Shown: one piece after another, positions 24,718 to 47,877 of the stretch | Layout: every line of letters begins with the position of its first letter | How positions within the stretch are numbered: position 1 is the first letter of the stretch | DNA from: Macrostomum lignano | Taxonomy: Eukaryota | Length of the DNA: 53,462 nt | Assembly: GCA_002269645.1 (NCBI GenBank) | Contig: NIVC01004245.1 | Span: 1 to 53,462 of the forward strand | Direction of reading: 5' to 3' | Position numbers and translations under genes: made by a program | Notes under the pieces: model-generated | What the model was told of the DNA's origin: nothing | Database searches by the model: none | What the model saw: the letters and a program-made list of their open reading frames with translations, nothing else

Positions 24718-25877
24718 GCAACTGCGTATCCGGAGCCACTACTCAATGCGCCACAGAGCGACGCATGCGACAGACCACAAAGTTATATGTTGGTGACGCG
24801 CCCGACCTCACTGACCAACAAATTGAGAAGTGTCACGCGCACCCGCTCTACCAGACATAAACAGTTGCTGCTGAAACAGGAGAATTTTGTCAAATTTCCT
24901 GCTGAAACAGGATAGACTGAGAGAGAAGCGCAGGCAGCCTTCCTTGTAATTAGTTCTGCTCTCAGGCCCGTTGACTTCTTTTTAGAGCAATTAACTAACT
25001 CCGGGATATACTGGGTGGCAGTGCGTGTCAATGCTTACTCTGAACCCTTGCTTTTGTTGCGAGCTCTCCAGAAGCTGTCAGTCAGCTGAGCTCTCCAACC
25101 CTTTAGCTCAGCAATACCCAATTTGGGCTGAGATCAAGCCAGTCAGGGGGGGGGGCTGGAGGAAGCCCAAGAAATGGGCGGAGTGGCCCCTAGAAGCAAA
25201 ATGCCACTGTGCAGTGGAGAATTTGTGCGTCGGTCGGTTGATTGTCAGGTTTTTTTTCTCTAGAATAAAGTTTCTGACATTTGCGATGGGAGACTAGCTG
25301 GCTAGCTGGGATGATGAAGGGGAAGCAGAGGAGGCTGAGCACAGAGCTCAAGTCACGCTACCCAGAAACTCCCGGAAGCGCTCCCGCTGAGAGCCTCAGG
25401 CCCGCTGCACGCACTGCTGGCCCGGTGCTGCAGCCTGAAGTGGCTGTAATCCTTAGTAACTAATGTGCCCATTGTTGTCTAGCATAGTAATAATAACAGT
25501 AATAATATTTATTAATAAAAATAATAATGAAGCATTTCCACAAAAGGCCTTCATCCGTGAGTATCCCCTTCTGCGGTCTCCGTCTGTGAATTGTTTCTTC
25601 AATTCAAAGTTAACAGCAGTTTCATGCCAGTGCGCTGCCTGACTCCCTCAGTACCGCAGCGCGTTTGCACTGAGTACTTGATGATGGATTCCAGCGGCAG
25701 TGTTTTATTTGCTCTCATTCGATGTATCAATCTTAGCTACAAGTTGTTAATCTGTCATTTAGTAATCCAAGAATCCATCAATCCTTCTTTCTATCCATCT
25801 GTCAATCTATGTATCAATTTGCCTGTCTTAGTAAACTATCAATTCATCAATTTATCAGTCTACCAATCTATTAACCC

Positions 25878-26885
<1,008 letters not shown>

Positions 26886-26920
26886 TATAAACTCATAAAT
26901 TCATAAATCCATCAATCCAG

Positions 26921-29900
26921 CAAACATCCCCGATCCGCACCAGCAGTCTGCTGCTTCTGCTGTCCGGGAGCCGCGCCAGCCTCGGCCAGAGTGGTCCCGG
27001 CAGCATAGGAGGCGTCGGTCGGCACCTCTCGGGCGGCCCGGATCTGTCCGTGTCGGCGCCAAAAAAGTGCCAACTGATCAGCGTGCCCATGTGCCGCAAC
27101 ATTGGCTACAACTACACCTCCATGCCCAACCAGTATGGCGACGACACGCAGGAGGAGGCCGCGTCCGAGGTGAGCAGCTCTGAGGCATCATGGAGGGCCT
27201 GAGTATAGCGGCTCCCTCTGAGGCATCAGGGAGGGCCTGAGTATAGCGGCTCCCTCTGAGGCATCAGGGAGGGCCTGAGTATAGCGGCTCCCTCTGAGGC
27301 ATCAGGGAGGGCCTGAGTATAGCGGCTCCCTCTGAGGCATCATGGAGGGCCTGAGTATAGCGGCTCCCTCTGAGGCATCATGGAGGGCCTGAGTATAGCG
27401 GCTCCCTCTGAGGCATCAGGGAGGGCCTGAGTATAGCGGCTCCCTCTGAGGCATCAGGGAGGGCCTGAGTATAGCGGCTCCCTCTGAAGCATCAGGGAGG
27501 GCCTGAGTATAGTGGTGATCCCTCTGAGGCATCAAGGAGGGCCTGAGTATAGCGGCTCCCGGTGAAGCATCAGGGAGGGCCTGAGTATAGCGGTGATCCC
27601 TCTGAGGCATCAGGGAGGGCCTGAGTATAGCGGTGATCCCTCTGAGGCATCAGGGAGGGCCTGAGTATAGCGGCTCCCGGTGAAGCATCAGGGAGGGCCT
27701 GAGTATAGCGGTGATCCCTCTGAGGCATCAGGGAGGGCCTGAGCATAGCGGCTTCCGGTGAAGCAGTTTGAACAGGAGAGTTCAAATATTACGCTTGCAA
27801 TATTTCGAATTTCGCTTCTTCTATCTAAATGACGGGAGCAGACTGAGAGGAGACGTCTGAGAGCTTCATCAGTAGCATCCGTCAGTCATGATTCAGCGCA
27901 GCATCCCTTCCTCATCATCGTCGGCATTCGCCGCAAATTGATCGGCATCACACAGGAGGAGGGAGGCGCGGGAGGGTTAGCAGATAGTTAGTTAATCGAT
28001 GCTATGCGCTGCAAAACAATTCCAACAGACGCCAGCGAATATAATTTGAGAGGAAAAACAAGGCCCGCTATGCAAAGGTGCCGGGCGCGTCAATCTACCG
28101 CAAATCTGCTATGGGATTCTTTTTGATGATTTCTGGGCCTCACGATTCGCATCTGGCGATGAGGCTCGAGTCGAGGAGAATTGCGCGGGGGGGGGGGCGG
28201 CGGATGAGGAAAGATGCTGGAATAATATAAAATCCCGAGGCCTGCTTCCCATCTTACGGAGGAAGTTGTCAGTTTCCTTAGCTCCGCGGGGATCCCCAGC
28301 TTGGATTGCGTCGGGAGCTTTTGGGTGGGTTGGGGGGGGGGGTTGCAGAAGAAGCTCTTGCAGTCCTTCAATCAGAGCCACGGGCTGCCCAGAACCGCGT
28401 CAATCCTCGATAATTGTGGAGGAATGAAGCCGCGGGATTCTTAGAAACAGGGGAGGCCCGGGCATTAGTGGGGAATCCAGTGTCTGCTAGAAGTGCCTAT
28501 CACGAATGAAAAGGGATTTATTTCCCCCATTTTCAAGCTGAAAGTTCGATTTCGGCAGTTCAGTCGCCGCGTGGCCCCACTGTGCGCAATGATTGCGTAA
28601 CCGCTATAGTGGTCGATTTAAACAAAAGAATCTCCCACTTGATTGTCGAGACTGTGCTGGTCTGGCCGCTCTCAAAGCCGCTGCGGGGGTGCTGAAGTGT
28701 GCTGGTGGTTTCTTTCTTCAGCTAGGATTTCTGCTTCCGTAGCAACCCTTTTCTGGCTTCTCTCCGCGGGGGGGGGGGGGGGGTTGCCCGCCTAGGGCAG
28801 TTGGCCTTAGTTAAAAAAATAAATTAGATAGAGCTTGGTTAGATAGCTGAATGCTGACGCACACATGCTTAGACACACACACATGCTTAGACACACACAC
28901 ATGCTTAGACACACACACATGCTTAGACACACACATGCTTAGACACACACATGCCTAGACACACATGCTTAGAGACACACATGCTTAGACACACACATGC
29001 CTAGACACGCATGCTTAGAGACATACATGCTTAGACACACAAACATGCTTGGACACACACACATGCTTAGACACACACACATGCTTAGACACACACACAT
29101 GCTTAGACACACACATGCTTAGACAGCTAGACGTGAAGCAGTCCATCTCCGAGTCCCCTCAGCAGCTCAGCAGCAGGGCAGATCAAAGGCGGCTAATGGG
29201 GCTGGTCGAACGGATCAGCTCGGGGGGACTTTCTGCGAGTTTGTCCTCGAGGGGAGGAAAAGAGAATTCCTGTGGGGCAGCAACCCGAGCTAGCGGCGCA
29301 CACAGAGTGGAGAGTATGAAGTTCTCAGCTCGAAGGAAGCCGCAGAAGAAGATCCTCTGCTCCCTCCCCCCAACCCCAGCAATCAGCCCACCATCCGTCC
29401 ACATTAATTAACAAGGATATCGAACAGTGCCAGACCTCCCCTAGCCAACTCTCTATAATCCTTTGGCACACTTTCTCTCATGGCCCTGTCCGGGATGCTG
29501 GACCTTCTACACGGATGAGGGAGCAGAGATTAGTAGCTCAGCTCAGAGGCGGCACGGCAGCTGCGGAGACTCTGGATCGAACTCAATCGACTGAACCGCG
29601 CCGCCCCAGTGCGCGACAACCTCATGGCTCTCTCTGTCTCAATCTCTCTCTCCTCTTATTTTAATGTACATCCCGTAATGTACATTATGAGGTCATAAAT
29701 TACTATAGTGTATACTTAAGAACTTGAAATTCAATTCATTTTTTGGGCGTGAAGGGTGGCCAAACTACCTGAAAAATTTCGAGCTACCCAAATAAGCCTT
29801 AACTACTGTAATGATTCCTGAACTACAGTAATGATTCCTGAACTACTGTAATGATTCCTGAACTACAATAATGATTCCTGAACTACAGTAATGATTCCTG

Positions 29901-32900
29901 AACTACTGTAATAATTCCTGAACTACAATAATGATTCCTGAACTACTGTAATAATTCCTGAACTACAATAATGATTTCTGAACTACAGTGATGATTCCTA
30001 AACTACAGAAATAATTCCTAAACTACAGTGATGATTCCTGAACTACTGTAATAATTCCTGAACTACAGTAATGATTCCTGAACTACTGTAATGATTCCTG
30101 AACTACAGTAATGATTCCTGAACTACTGTAATGATTCCTGAACTACTGTAATGATTCCTGAACTACTGTAATGATTCCTGAACTACAGTAATGATTCCTG
30201 AACTACTGTAATGATTCCTGAACTACAGTAATGATTCCTGAACTACTGTAATGATTCCTGAACTACAGTAATGATTCCTGAACTACTGTAATGATTCCTG
30301 AACTTCCTGAAGTTTTGATGGACAAATGAACAATATGGATTATTCTCCCTATTAATTTTAGCTAGACTTTCAACCCCCTGCACTTCAACTCGCTCTCCTC
30401 TTTGCAGGTGCATCAGTTCTGGCCGCTGGTGGAAATCTCGTGCAGCCAGGACCTGCGCTTTTTCCTCTGCAGCATGTACGTGCCAATCTGCATGCACAAC
30501 TACGACAGGCACCTGCCGGCCTGCCGCTCCGTCTGCCTGCGCGCCAAGAAGGGCTGCGCGCCGCTGATGCGACAGTACGGGTTCAGCTGGCCAGAAAAGA
30601 TGGACTGCTCTAAACTGCCAGGTGAGATCTATCTACCGATTGAGCAGATCTATCTACCGATTGAGCAGATCTACCTACCGATTGAGCAGATCTACCTACC
30701 GATTCAGCAGATCTATCTACCGATTGAGCAGATCTATCTACCGATTGAGCAGATCTATCTACCGATTCAGCAGATCTATCTACCGATTGAGCAGATCTAC
30801 CTACCGATTGAGTAGATCTATCTGCCGATTGAGCAGATCTATCTACCGATTGAGTAGATCTATCTGCCGATTGAGCAGATCTATCTACCGATTGAGTAGA
30901 TCTATCTGCCGATTGAGCAGATCTATCTACCGATTGAGTAGATCTATCTACCGATTGAGTAGATCTATCTGGCAATTGAGCAGATCTATCTGCCGATTGA
31001 GTAGATCTATCTGGCGATTGAGCAGATCTATCTACCGATTGAGCAGATCTATCTGCCGATTGGTCAGATCTATCTACTAATTGATCAGATCTATCTACCA
31101 ATAAGTCTATGTTTAGCTACAGCAGACATAACAAGCAAGGAGACAAAGGTTTTTGGCATGCCGCTGTCTCATTAGCATACAAGTATAGAATAGAGATGGT
31201 GAGGGAAATTTCTGGAAACAAAAATTTCATACTTCATTCCGTCGTCAACACGTCTATTGATGTCCGCAGCCCCCGGCCAGCCGGTCCCACCTCTTTGCCG
31301 CTTTGAAATGAATAAATAAGCTGCAGGCCCCATTGTGTCTACTTTTTCAAGAAGGGACCAACTGGAGGAGCTGAAGAGGGAGAATAGGTGGGCAGCGCAT
31401 CATCCCAAGAATTTTTTGTCGCCGACACAGCAAAACGCTTGCATTGTCCTCATCGGGCAACAAAAAATGAGTTTCTTTTTAAAAAAAGTAAAAAATGCCG
31501 AGTCCACAGCGGCAGCCACTTCCCCTTTCCTCTTAGCTTTGAGCCGGCACAATGGGGTCGCGTCGGCCCATTGAGATACAAAAATAGAAAGACTAGTTTT
31601 TTAGAGGCACCCCAAGCCTCCGCAGCAGGTACTCCACCAGCCAAGTCTTTGGGAGCTTTCAGCCTGACTCTCCTTTTGAATGGGAAATTTTTGAGCTTCA
31701 CTTTTACAGACCTTTTATAGGGAGGGGAGGTTGTTCGAGATTACTCATCTGCGACTAACTTGATTCTATCAGCCACTGAGAATAACACTCGACCTTTTTA
31801 CGCAAATATTGATCCATTGGAAAGGTCTTTGACTCAACTAGACATAAGCCTGACTCATTGGAGAGAACCATGCCCCATTGGAGACAACCCTGACCCGCCG
31901 GTGATAACCATGACCCATTGGAGAGAACCCTGACCCATTGGTGATAACCATGACCCATTGGAGAGAACCCTGACCCGCCGGAGAGAACCATGACCCATTG
32001 GAGAGAACCCTGACCCATTGGTGATAACCACGACCCATTGGAGACAACCCTGACCCGCCGGTGATAACCATGACCCATTGGAGAGAACCCTGACCCATTG
32101 GTGATAACCATGACCCATTGGAGAGAACCCTGACCCGCCGGAGAGAACCATGACCCATTGGAGAGAACCCTGACCTATTGGTGATAACCATGACCCATTG
32201 GAGAGAACCCTGACCCGCCGGTGATAACCATGACCCATTGGAGAGAACCCTGACCCATTGGTGATAACCATGACCCAACAGCAGTAAGACAACACCACCC
32301 CAACAGTGTCCTGTCTCTCCACCGCAGACTACGGCGATCCTGACACCCTGTGCATGGACGTCAACCACACGAGCACCTCGCAGCCGGTCACCACGCTGCC
32401 ACCAGACACGGACACCTCATACGGCTCGGCGCCGGCCTCCTGCGAGTGCCGCTGCCAGGCGCCGCTGGTGCAGCTGACGGAGAACGAGGCACACTACAAC
32501 AAGGTGTACACCGCCGGCCTACCGAACTGCGCCATGCCCTGCGAGGGGCTGTTCTTCTCCGAGAAGGATCGTGACCGGCAGTTCGCGAGCGTCTGGATCG
32601 GCATGTGGTCGATATTGTGCGCCGTCAGTTCCACCGTTACTGTGCTCACCTTTCTAATTAACTCTAAGCGGTTCAACTATCCAGAGCGGCCCATTGTGAT
32701 GCTGTCTGCCTGTTACGTCATGGTGTCGGCTGGTTACATTGTCCGCCTGGCCGTGGGACCGCAGACCATCGCCTGCGACGGTCGGGTGCTGCGCTACGGA
32801 TCGTCTGGACCGTGGCTGTGCACCGTGGTGTTCCTGCTGACCTACCTGTTCGGCATGGCCAGCTGCGTGTGGTGGGTCATGCTGTGCGTGGCCTGGTTCC

Positions 32901-34272
32901 TGGCGGCCGGGCTCAAGTGGGGCAGCGAGGCCATCGCCAAGTACAGCGAGGTGAGACTGCAGCGCTGCGGCTGCGCTTGGCGATGCTTTGGCTGGGAATT
33001 AGGAGATAGGATTAGATGGGATGGGATAGGATGAGATGGGTTGAGATGAGATGGGATGGGATGGGATGGGATGGGATGAGATGGGTTGAGATGAGATAGG
33101 ATGGGATGGGATGGGATAGAAAGGATGAGAGGAGAGGAGAGAGGAGAGGAGAGGAGAGGAGAGGAGAGGAGAGGAGAGGAGAGGATAGGAGAGGAGAGGA
33201 GAGGAGAGGAGAGGAGAGGAGAGGAGAGGAGAGGAGAGGAGAGGAGAGGAGAGGAGAGGAGAGGAGAGGAGAGGAGAGGAGAGGAGAGGAGAGGAGAGGA
33301 GAGGAGAGGAGAGGAGAGGAGAGGAGAGGTGAGGAGAGGAGAGGCAAATGATAGCAGATGGCAGTTTTCTATTCTCAAAAATTCACACAAAGTAGTAATA
33401 CATTTTTTTTACCTTGCAGTTGACAAACCAATAATATTCAGTCAAAAAGTATCGATTACTCAAAGCTCCACTCCCACCTCCCGCCGCAGGTGTTCCACTG
33501 CATCGCCTGGGTGCTGCCAATCGTGAAGTTTATCCTGGTCCTGACCTTCTCCCTAGTTGACGGCGACCCGATCTCCGGAATCTGCTCTGTGGGCAACACG
33601 AACCTCACCGCAATGCGCCTGTTCGTGCTGCTGCCCCTGGTGACATACCTGCTCATCGGCAGCGTCTTCCTGCTCACCGGCTTCGTGGCCCTGTTCCGCA
33701 TCCGATCGGTCATCAAGCAGCAGGCCAGCGCCAAGACCTACAAGCTGGAGAAGCTGATGATCCGCATCGGGATCTTCTCCATCCTGTACACCCTGCCAGC
33801 CTCCGTGGTCATCGCCTGCCATTTCTACGAGTCGCAGATGCGTGAGCGCTGGCTGCAGGACAAGGCCTGCCGCTGCCCGGGGGAGAAGCCCGCCGCGGAG
33901 CCGGAGTACGGCGTGTTCATGCTGCGCCAGTTCATGCAGCTCGCCGTTGGCATCACCAGCGGGGTGTGGGTCTGGTCCGGCAAGACTCTGCACACCTGGC
34001 GTCAGTTTCTTGGCCGCCTGTTCTGCTGCACCGGCCGCGGCGGCGGCGGTGGCGGCGGTGGCGGCGGCGGAGCCTACAGCCGCCCGTCAGCTGGCGGTCA
34101 TCACTTCGTCCTTGGCGGCGGCGCTGCGGCGCAGGCGCAGGCGGCGGCGTCGGCTGCTGCTGTCAGCCTGACTGGGGACCCGCGGTCGCACTACAAGTTC
34201 AGCCAGGCCCCGGGGCAGCCGCCGCTGCCGCTGCTGCCGCAGTCGGCTGGCAACCAGATGTCTCACGTCTGA
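26921..34272 (+). CDS. fz5/8: Frizzled-5/8 Wnt receptor; exons ~26921-27169, 30408-30621, 32328-32950, 33490-34272; start exon not located
   Basis: [37 protein letters not shown]|[28 protein letters not shown]; [15 protein letters not shown]; [17 protein letters not shown]|VFHCIAW; [16 protein letters not shown]; Dvl motif KTLHTW; PDZ-type C-terminus MSHV as in FZD5. Junction phases are compatible. Confidence 0.96.
27180..27765. repeat. 38-bp minisatellite (CTGAGGCATCAGGGAGGGCCTGAGTATAGCGGCTCCCT) in a frizzled intron
   Basis: About 15 copies beginning about 10 bp after the donor at 27170. Confidence 0.95.
28860..29122. repeat. ACACACATGCTTAG-type 16-18-bp array
   Basis: Direct reading of the sequence. 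Confidence 0.9.
29801..30305. repeat. 20-bp minisatellite (AACTAC[T/A]GTAATGATTCCTG) with alternating variants
   Basis: About 25 copies; T/A alternation gives a 40-bp higher-order pattern. Confidence 0.95.
30624..31100. repeat. 21-bp minisatellite (GAGCAGATCTATCTACCGATT) starting at the frizzled donor
   Basis: About 22 copies; the first copy overlaps GTGAG at 30622. Confidence 0.95.
31858..32277. repeat. 20-bp array built from modular halves (GGAGAGAACC/GGTGATAACC plus CTGACCCATT/ATGACCCATT/CTGACCCGCC)
   Basis: About 21 units ending about 50 bp before the acceptor at 32327. Confidence 0.93.
33010..33345. repeat. Pentamer arrays (GGATG)n then (GGAGA)n in a frizzled intron
   Basis: Direct reading of the sequence. 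Confidence 0.95.
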
Positions 34273-34307
34273 CAGCTGCGCCCCTGACTGACAATCCCTG
34301 CGGCTCC

Positions 34308-35500
<1,193 letters not shown>

Positions 35501-37561
35501 CTGCCCTATCCCTTTTACTCCCCTAAAAACTGCAATCAAATAATTTTATTTACCTGCAACTCACTCAATGCGGTGTTTCGCTGTCTCACTGAACCGGACT
35601 GTCTCACCAATGAATTTGTAAATACTGCCCTTTCTGCAGCACCATGTAATGATGAAGTACTTTATTGAGTGCACCTTTTTTCAATTCAAAGCTGTTTGCT
35701 TACCCATTAGAAATCTTTTTTATAAATTTATTTTTTACTCGTTCATCTTGCCGGGCAATCTTGTTTAGCAGTTTTAGATTTTGTCTGTCACTTCTATTTG
35801 ACCATTGCGCACCCAAACCTCAATTGAATTCAAAATGACTCGTGCTCATGGCCTGCTGAAGCAGAAGCAGTTGTTTTTTAACTGAATTCTCGCGGCCTTC
35901 AACGCAACAATGCACCGAAATCAATGCAGACTCGTGTCCATAGCAATGCGTGCTGTGTCCGCGTCCCCTCTTTACTTGCTGTTTTTTGCTGTTTTCTGTA
36001 ATGTAAGCTGCGGTTGAAATTTTGCCTTCCCCTTTTATCCTGTCTTATTAATCCCATATTAGATGGCCATCTTACACATATTATTGATTTTAATTCGAAA
36101 TGTCACCTTTGCTGATATTTATCTAATTAAGGTGATTTTCTGTCTCTCTAAAAGGATGGGCACCGAAGGCGGGAGTCAATGCTGAATGCTTTACAGTTTC
36201 TCTCATATATTCTACTTGCACTGTCGAATATTGCTACTCACAGTAGGCGTCAAAGCATGCGCTCACACTTATTTTAGTTTAAATTTTGTGCGTTTGATTT
36301 CTGGCATTAGTTTTATCGATCGAAGGAATCACAATGCCTGCAACCATGCAGCAATGCAGATTGTCTGCACTTGCCAGCCTGCCTGCCTGTTGCCATTGCC
36401 GAGCCACCTTGGCGTTTCACAGATGCCTCACTATCGAGCTTAGTAATTCTCTGTACAGTTGGCAACAGCTGCACCGCACTGCAACTTTAATTGTTGCCAA
36501 GCAACTGGATAAATTAATCGAGCTTAAATAACCGCGCGTTTTTACGATCGCTCAGTTTTGATTTTAACGCATGAATCCCACGACCAACCACCATCTGTTT
36601 TTTGACTCAGCCTTCTGTTTGTCCTTTATTTGGTGTTTTTGTGATATTAGCCGGACTCTGCATGCCTATATAAGCTGCGGCTGACCAAATTTCTAATAAA
36701 AATTTCTACTATGATAAAAATGTGCACTTGTGAGTAATTTCTGCATGCCTCTAGAATCGTTTTCGTGACTTAAAACGTTAAACAAAAAATATATCGACTC
36801 TGTTTTTTGGTTTCTTATTTTGCTTTTGCACTGATCTTCAACAGAACCTTCTCGGGAGTTGCTCACTTAATTTGCTTTTTTGGAACGGGGAAGGAAGCAT
36901 CTATACGTACTCAATTAGTAGCTTGTACGAATTACATGTATACGCTCGCGGTACATTCAGTAGCATTTACTATATACTGACTACTACGTACTTGTAGCCA
37001 GAACGCTCTTATTCTCTGAAGAAAAAGGGTTGATTGAAAGGCATGCATGCATTGATAATTCGACCATCGTATAGTAAATGCCATAATTCAGCTATAATCG
37101 ACATTTCGCTGCTTATAGCAATCCATCGATCCTTATTTCATATCGATTTCCTAATTCTATCGAAGGACCTGGAAATGCGCATAATTTCATGTAGTCTTTT
37201 TGTTTAACTTAGCTCAAATACAAATCAATTTTGATATTTCATTATCGTCATGGTTTATAGTAGATCTAGAGCGCTACTCGCATTCATGATAGTTAAATAA
37301 ATGTTTGCATTTTCCCAACACATTCGAGTCCATTATTAGTCAGATTCAGGGCCTGTAAAGTGAAATATTCTTTTCAATTCTGATCATTCGTCTTTTCGTT
37401 CAACCATGCAGCTTCAGTATATTCAACAACTTGAAAAATAGTAGAATGATAATACATGTCATTGCATGACAAAACGATTAAGCAAAAAAGATTTTTTAAG
37501 GTAATATAGGAGTAAAAATCGGAAAAATAGTATATTTATCCGAGAAACCTATATTCATAAG

Positions 37562-37730
37562 CAGGGGCATAGCCAGGAATTTCCTACGGGGGGGGATACA
37601 CCAAGGTAAAAGTGCTATGACAGAGTCATATATGGTGCATAGCAACAAAGGGCCAACAAAAAAGTTTTGGTCAGGCTCTTCGGGGGGGGGGGGGGGGTAC
37701 ATCCCCCCTATCCCCCTCCCTACGCCCCTG
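37562..37730. mobile_element. hAT-like MITE, 169 bp, 8-bp TSD
   Basis: TSD TTCATAAG at 37554-37561 and 37731-37738; termini CAGGGGCATAG / CTACGCCCCTG; G-rich interior. Confidence 0.85.
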
Positions 37731-38736
37731 TTCATAAGTGACTTGAAACAAAAGCTCCGATTGCTGAAACGCTGATTGCTGAAACGCTACACCGAAGAAA
37801 AATAAAACTAAAATTCCGAATCTACAAAAAGTAATATATTTATATTGTTTTCTAAATGAAATTTTAGATTGTTTTAAAAGATTACGTCATATTCACAAGT
37901 AAAGATTATTCCTCGTTCATCTGAATCTACTGCAAACGACACATGTTCAGTTTGAGTCATCGGATGTTATTAAATTTCAATATACGAGCGTAGCTAGTTT
38001 TAATATATCAGTTCATACTTTATATCATACTTATTATTTCTCTGAAATGGAATCGCAACTAATGAACGATACGTTTAATGATAGTGTATTTTTTCACAAG
38101 GAAAATACTATTCGTGAAAAATTTCTTTAACTATTTGTACAAAGCACAACAATGCATTGTTGATGCATACATGCACTTATAAATTCATATATATTTTATA
38201 ATGAATTAATGATGCATTTATTAGAATATTTTTGAAAAAGAAAATTATTTTTCGCCAGCTTTCATTCTTTACAAAAACCATTTTGATTAACCAATAATAT
38301 CAAACAACATATCTATCATCCTGCTTAACTGCTTGGCATAACACATTGTAGAAATAAAGGCAAAGTAAAAATTTACTAATTCTCAATTGGACATAGTGAT
38401 TCACAGTTTTATATTATGTTGTTCATACTGTCAGAGTTTTTTATGCTAGTTAAAAATCTTTTGATTCGCATAAAATGAGGTTCATAGCTATTGTGTGATA
38501 ATTAATTTATATTTTAATATCCAACAATTCTAGAAATCCCAAAAATCTAACTAGCACTTTGATACAAAAACTTCTTTAAAGGCTTATTAAAAAATATATT
38601 TATTGAGAACATCTGTATTATTTATTACCTATTCGTTTTAATAGCTTATTCAAAAAGGTATATTAAATCGCAAATGAATACTTATTTAAGATGAAAAATG
38701 AAAAATCGATTCCGATTAAATTTCAGTACGTGGCAA

Positions 38737-46488
<7,752 letters not shown>

Positions 46489-46821
46489 TCCGAGCTTTTA
46501 ACTGGCACTCGAATTGAACTGGCTGCTCCAATACAATTAATGCTTGTCTGTGATCCGCTTTTGATCGTTCATTCTCATTTGTCTCTTATTGCTTTGGTAA
46601 CCGTGCTAGTGTTAATATACACGAGTATGTAGCTCTTATAATCGTTCTGATGATGAATCAAAGATTTAAAATCGATTTGTCAACATTCCGTTTATTATTT
46701 GATAAAACATTAGGTAAATTTAAAAGTTCACCCTTTCACCTGCGAAATCATTGTGTCATAAACTCAACTCTATTGTGGGCCTGTAGAAGTCACTGACTTC
46801 GGAGCCCTTCGCAAGATTCAT

Positions 46822-47877
46822 TCACTCGCGAGTTCTTGAATCCTCTCTGTGCCCATTGCGTCTCTTGCCCGGTTTAAATCGACCCTGCTCATTATGTCTG
46901 TTTCCATGCCTGTAGTGTCTATTTCGGTCTTGATGTCCGCGACGTCCCTTTCTACGTCTTTCGTGTTCGCGACGTCCCTCTCTGCGCCTGCCGTGTTCGC
47001 GACGTCCCTTTCCGCGTATGTCTTGTTCGCGACGTCCCTCGCCACGTCTGCCGTGTTCGCGACGTCCCTTTCTGCGTCTGCCGCGTTCGCGACGTCCCTC
47101 TCCGCGTCTGCCGTGTTCGCGACGACGTTCCTCTTCGCGTCTGCCATGTTTGCGACGTCCCTCTCCGCGTCTTCCGTGTTCGCGACGTCCCTTTCCACGT
47201 CTGTCATGTTCGCGACGTCCCTCTCCTCGTCTGCCGCGTTCGCGACGTCCCTTTCCACGTCTGTCATGTTCACGACGTCCCTTTCCTCGTCTGCCGTGTT
47301 CGCGACGTTCTTTTCCACGTCTGCTGTGTTGGCGATGTCCTTTTCCGCGTCTGCCGTGTTCGCGACGTCCCTCTCCGCGTTTGCCATGTTCGCGACGTCC
47401 CTTTCCACGTCTGTCATGTTCGCGACGTCCCTCTCCTCGTCTGCCGTGTTCGCGACGTTCTTTTCCACGTCTGCCGTGTTGGCGACGTCCCTCTCCGCGT
47501 CTGCCGTGTTCGCGACGTCCCTCTCCGCGTCTGCCGTGTTCGCGACGTTCTTCTTCGCGTCTGCCGTGTTCGCGACGTCCCTTTCGTGATGTCTCGCCAT
47601 CAAACTTCCAGTTTTTAAAGCCGGGCCTTTTCTCTGCCCCTTTTCCAACCCTAAACTCGTCGCTCTTTTCCACTGAGTCCGAGCGCCTCGGTCGAGAGAT
47701 TCCAAAACGATTGCTGAATTCTTTCTCGAAGTCTTCGTCCCACCTTGATGCCGACCCTGAGTCAGCCGTCCACTGGCTGCTGATATCGTCAAATGCACTG
47801 TCGATTGCAACAGCAGCAGCTGCTGCTGCTGCGACACTCAGCAGTAAAACGGACGAAATTGTCTTTAAAAATCTCAT
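46822..47877 (-). CDS. Secreted Arg/Gly/Glu/His-rich tandem-repeat protein (~351 aa), unknown family
   Basis: ATG at 47877; signal-like [24 protein letters not shown]; about 21 decapeptide repeats GEGRREHGRR. Repeat variants are synonymous in this frame (CGC/CGT/CGA, CAC/CAT). The ORF is uninterrupted. Confidence 0.75.
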   Translation of the reverse strand: MRFLKTISSVLLLSVAAAAAAAVAIDSAFDDISSQWTADSGSASRWDEDFEKEFSNRFGISRPRRSDSVEKSDEFRVGKGAEKRPGFKNWKFDGETSRKGRREHGRREEERREHGRRGEGRREHGRRGEGRRQHGRRGKERREHGRRGEGRREHDRRGKGRREHGKRGEGRREHGRRGKGHRQHSRRGKERREHGRRGKGRREHDRRGKGRRERGRRGEGRREHDRRGKGRREHGRRGEGRRKHGRREEERRREHGRRGEGRRERGRRRKGRREHGRRGEGRREQDIRGKGRREHGRRREGRREHERRRKGRRGHQDRNRHYRHGNRHNEQGRFKPGKRRNGHREDSRTRE

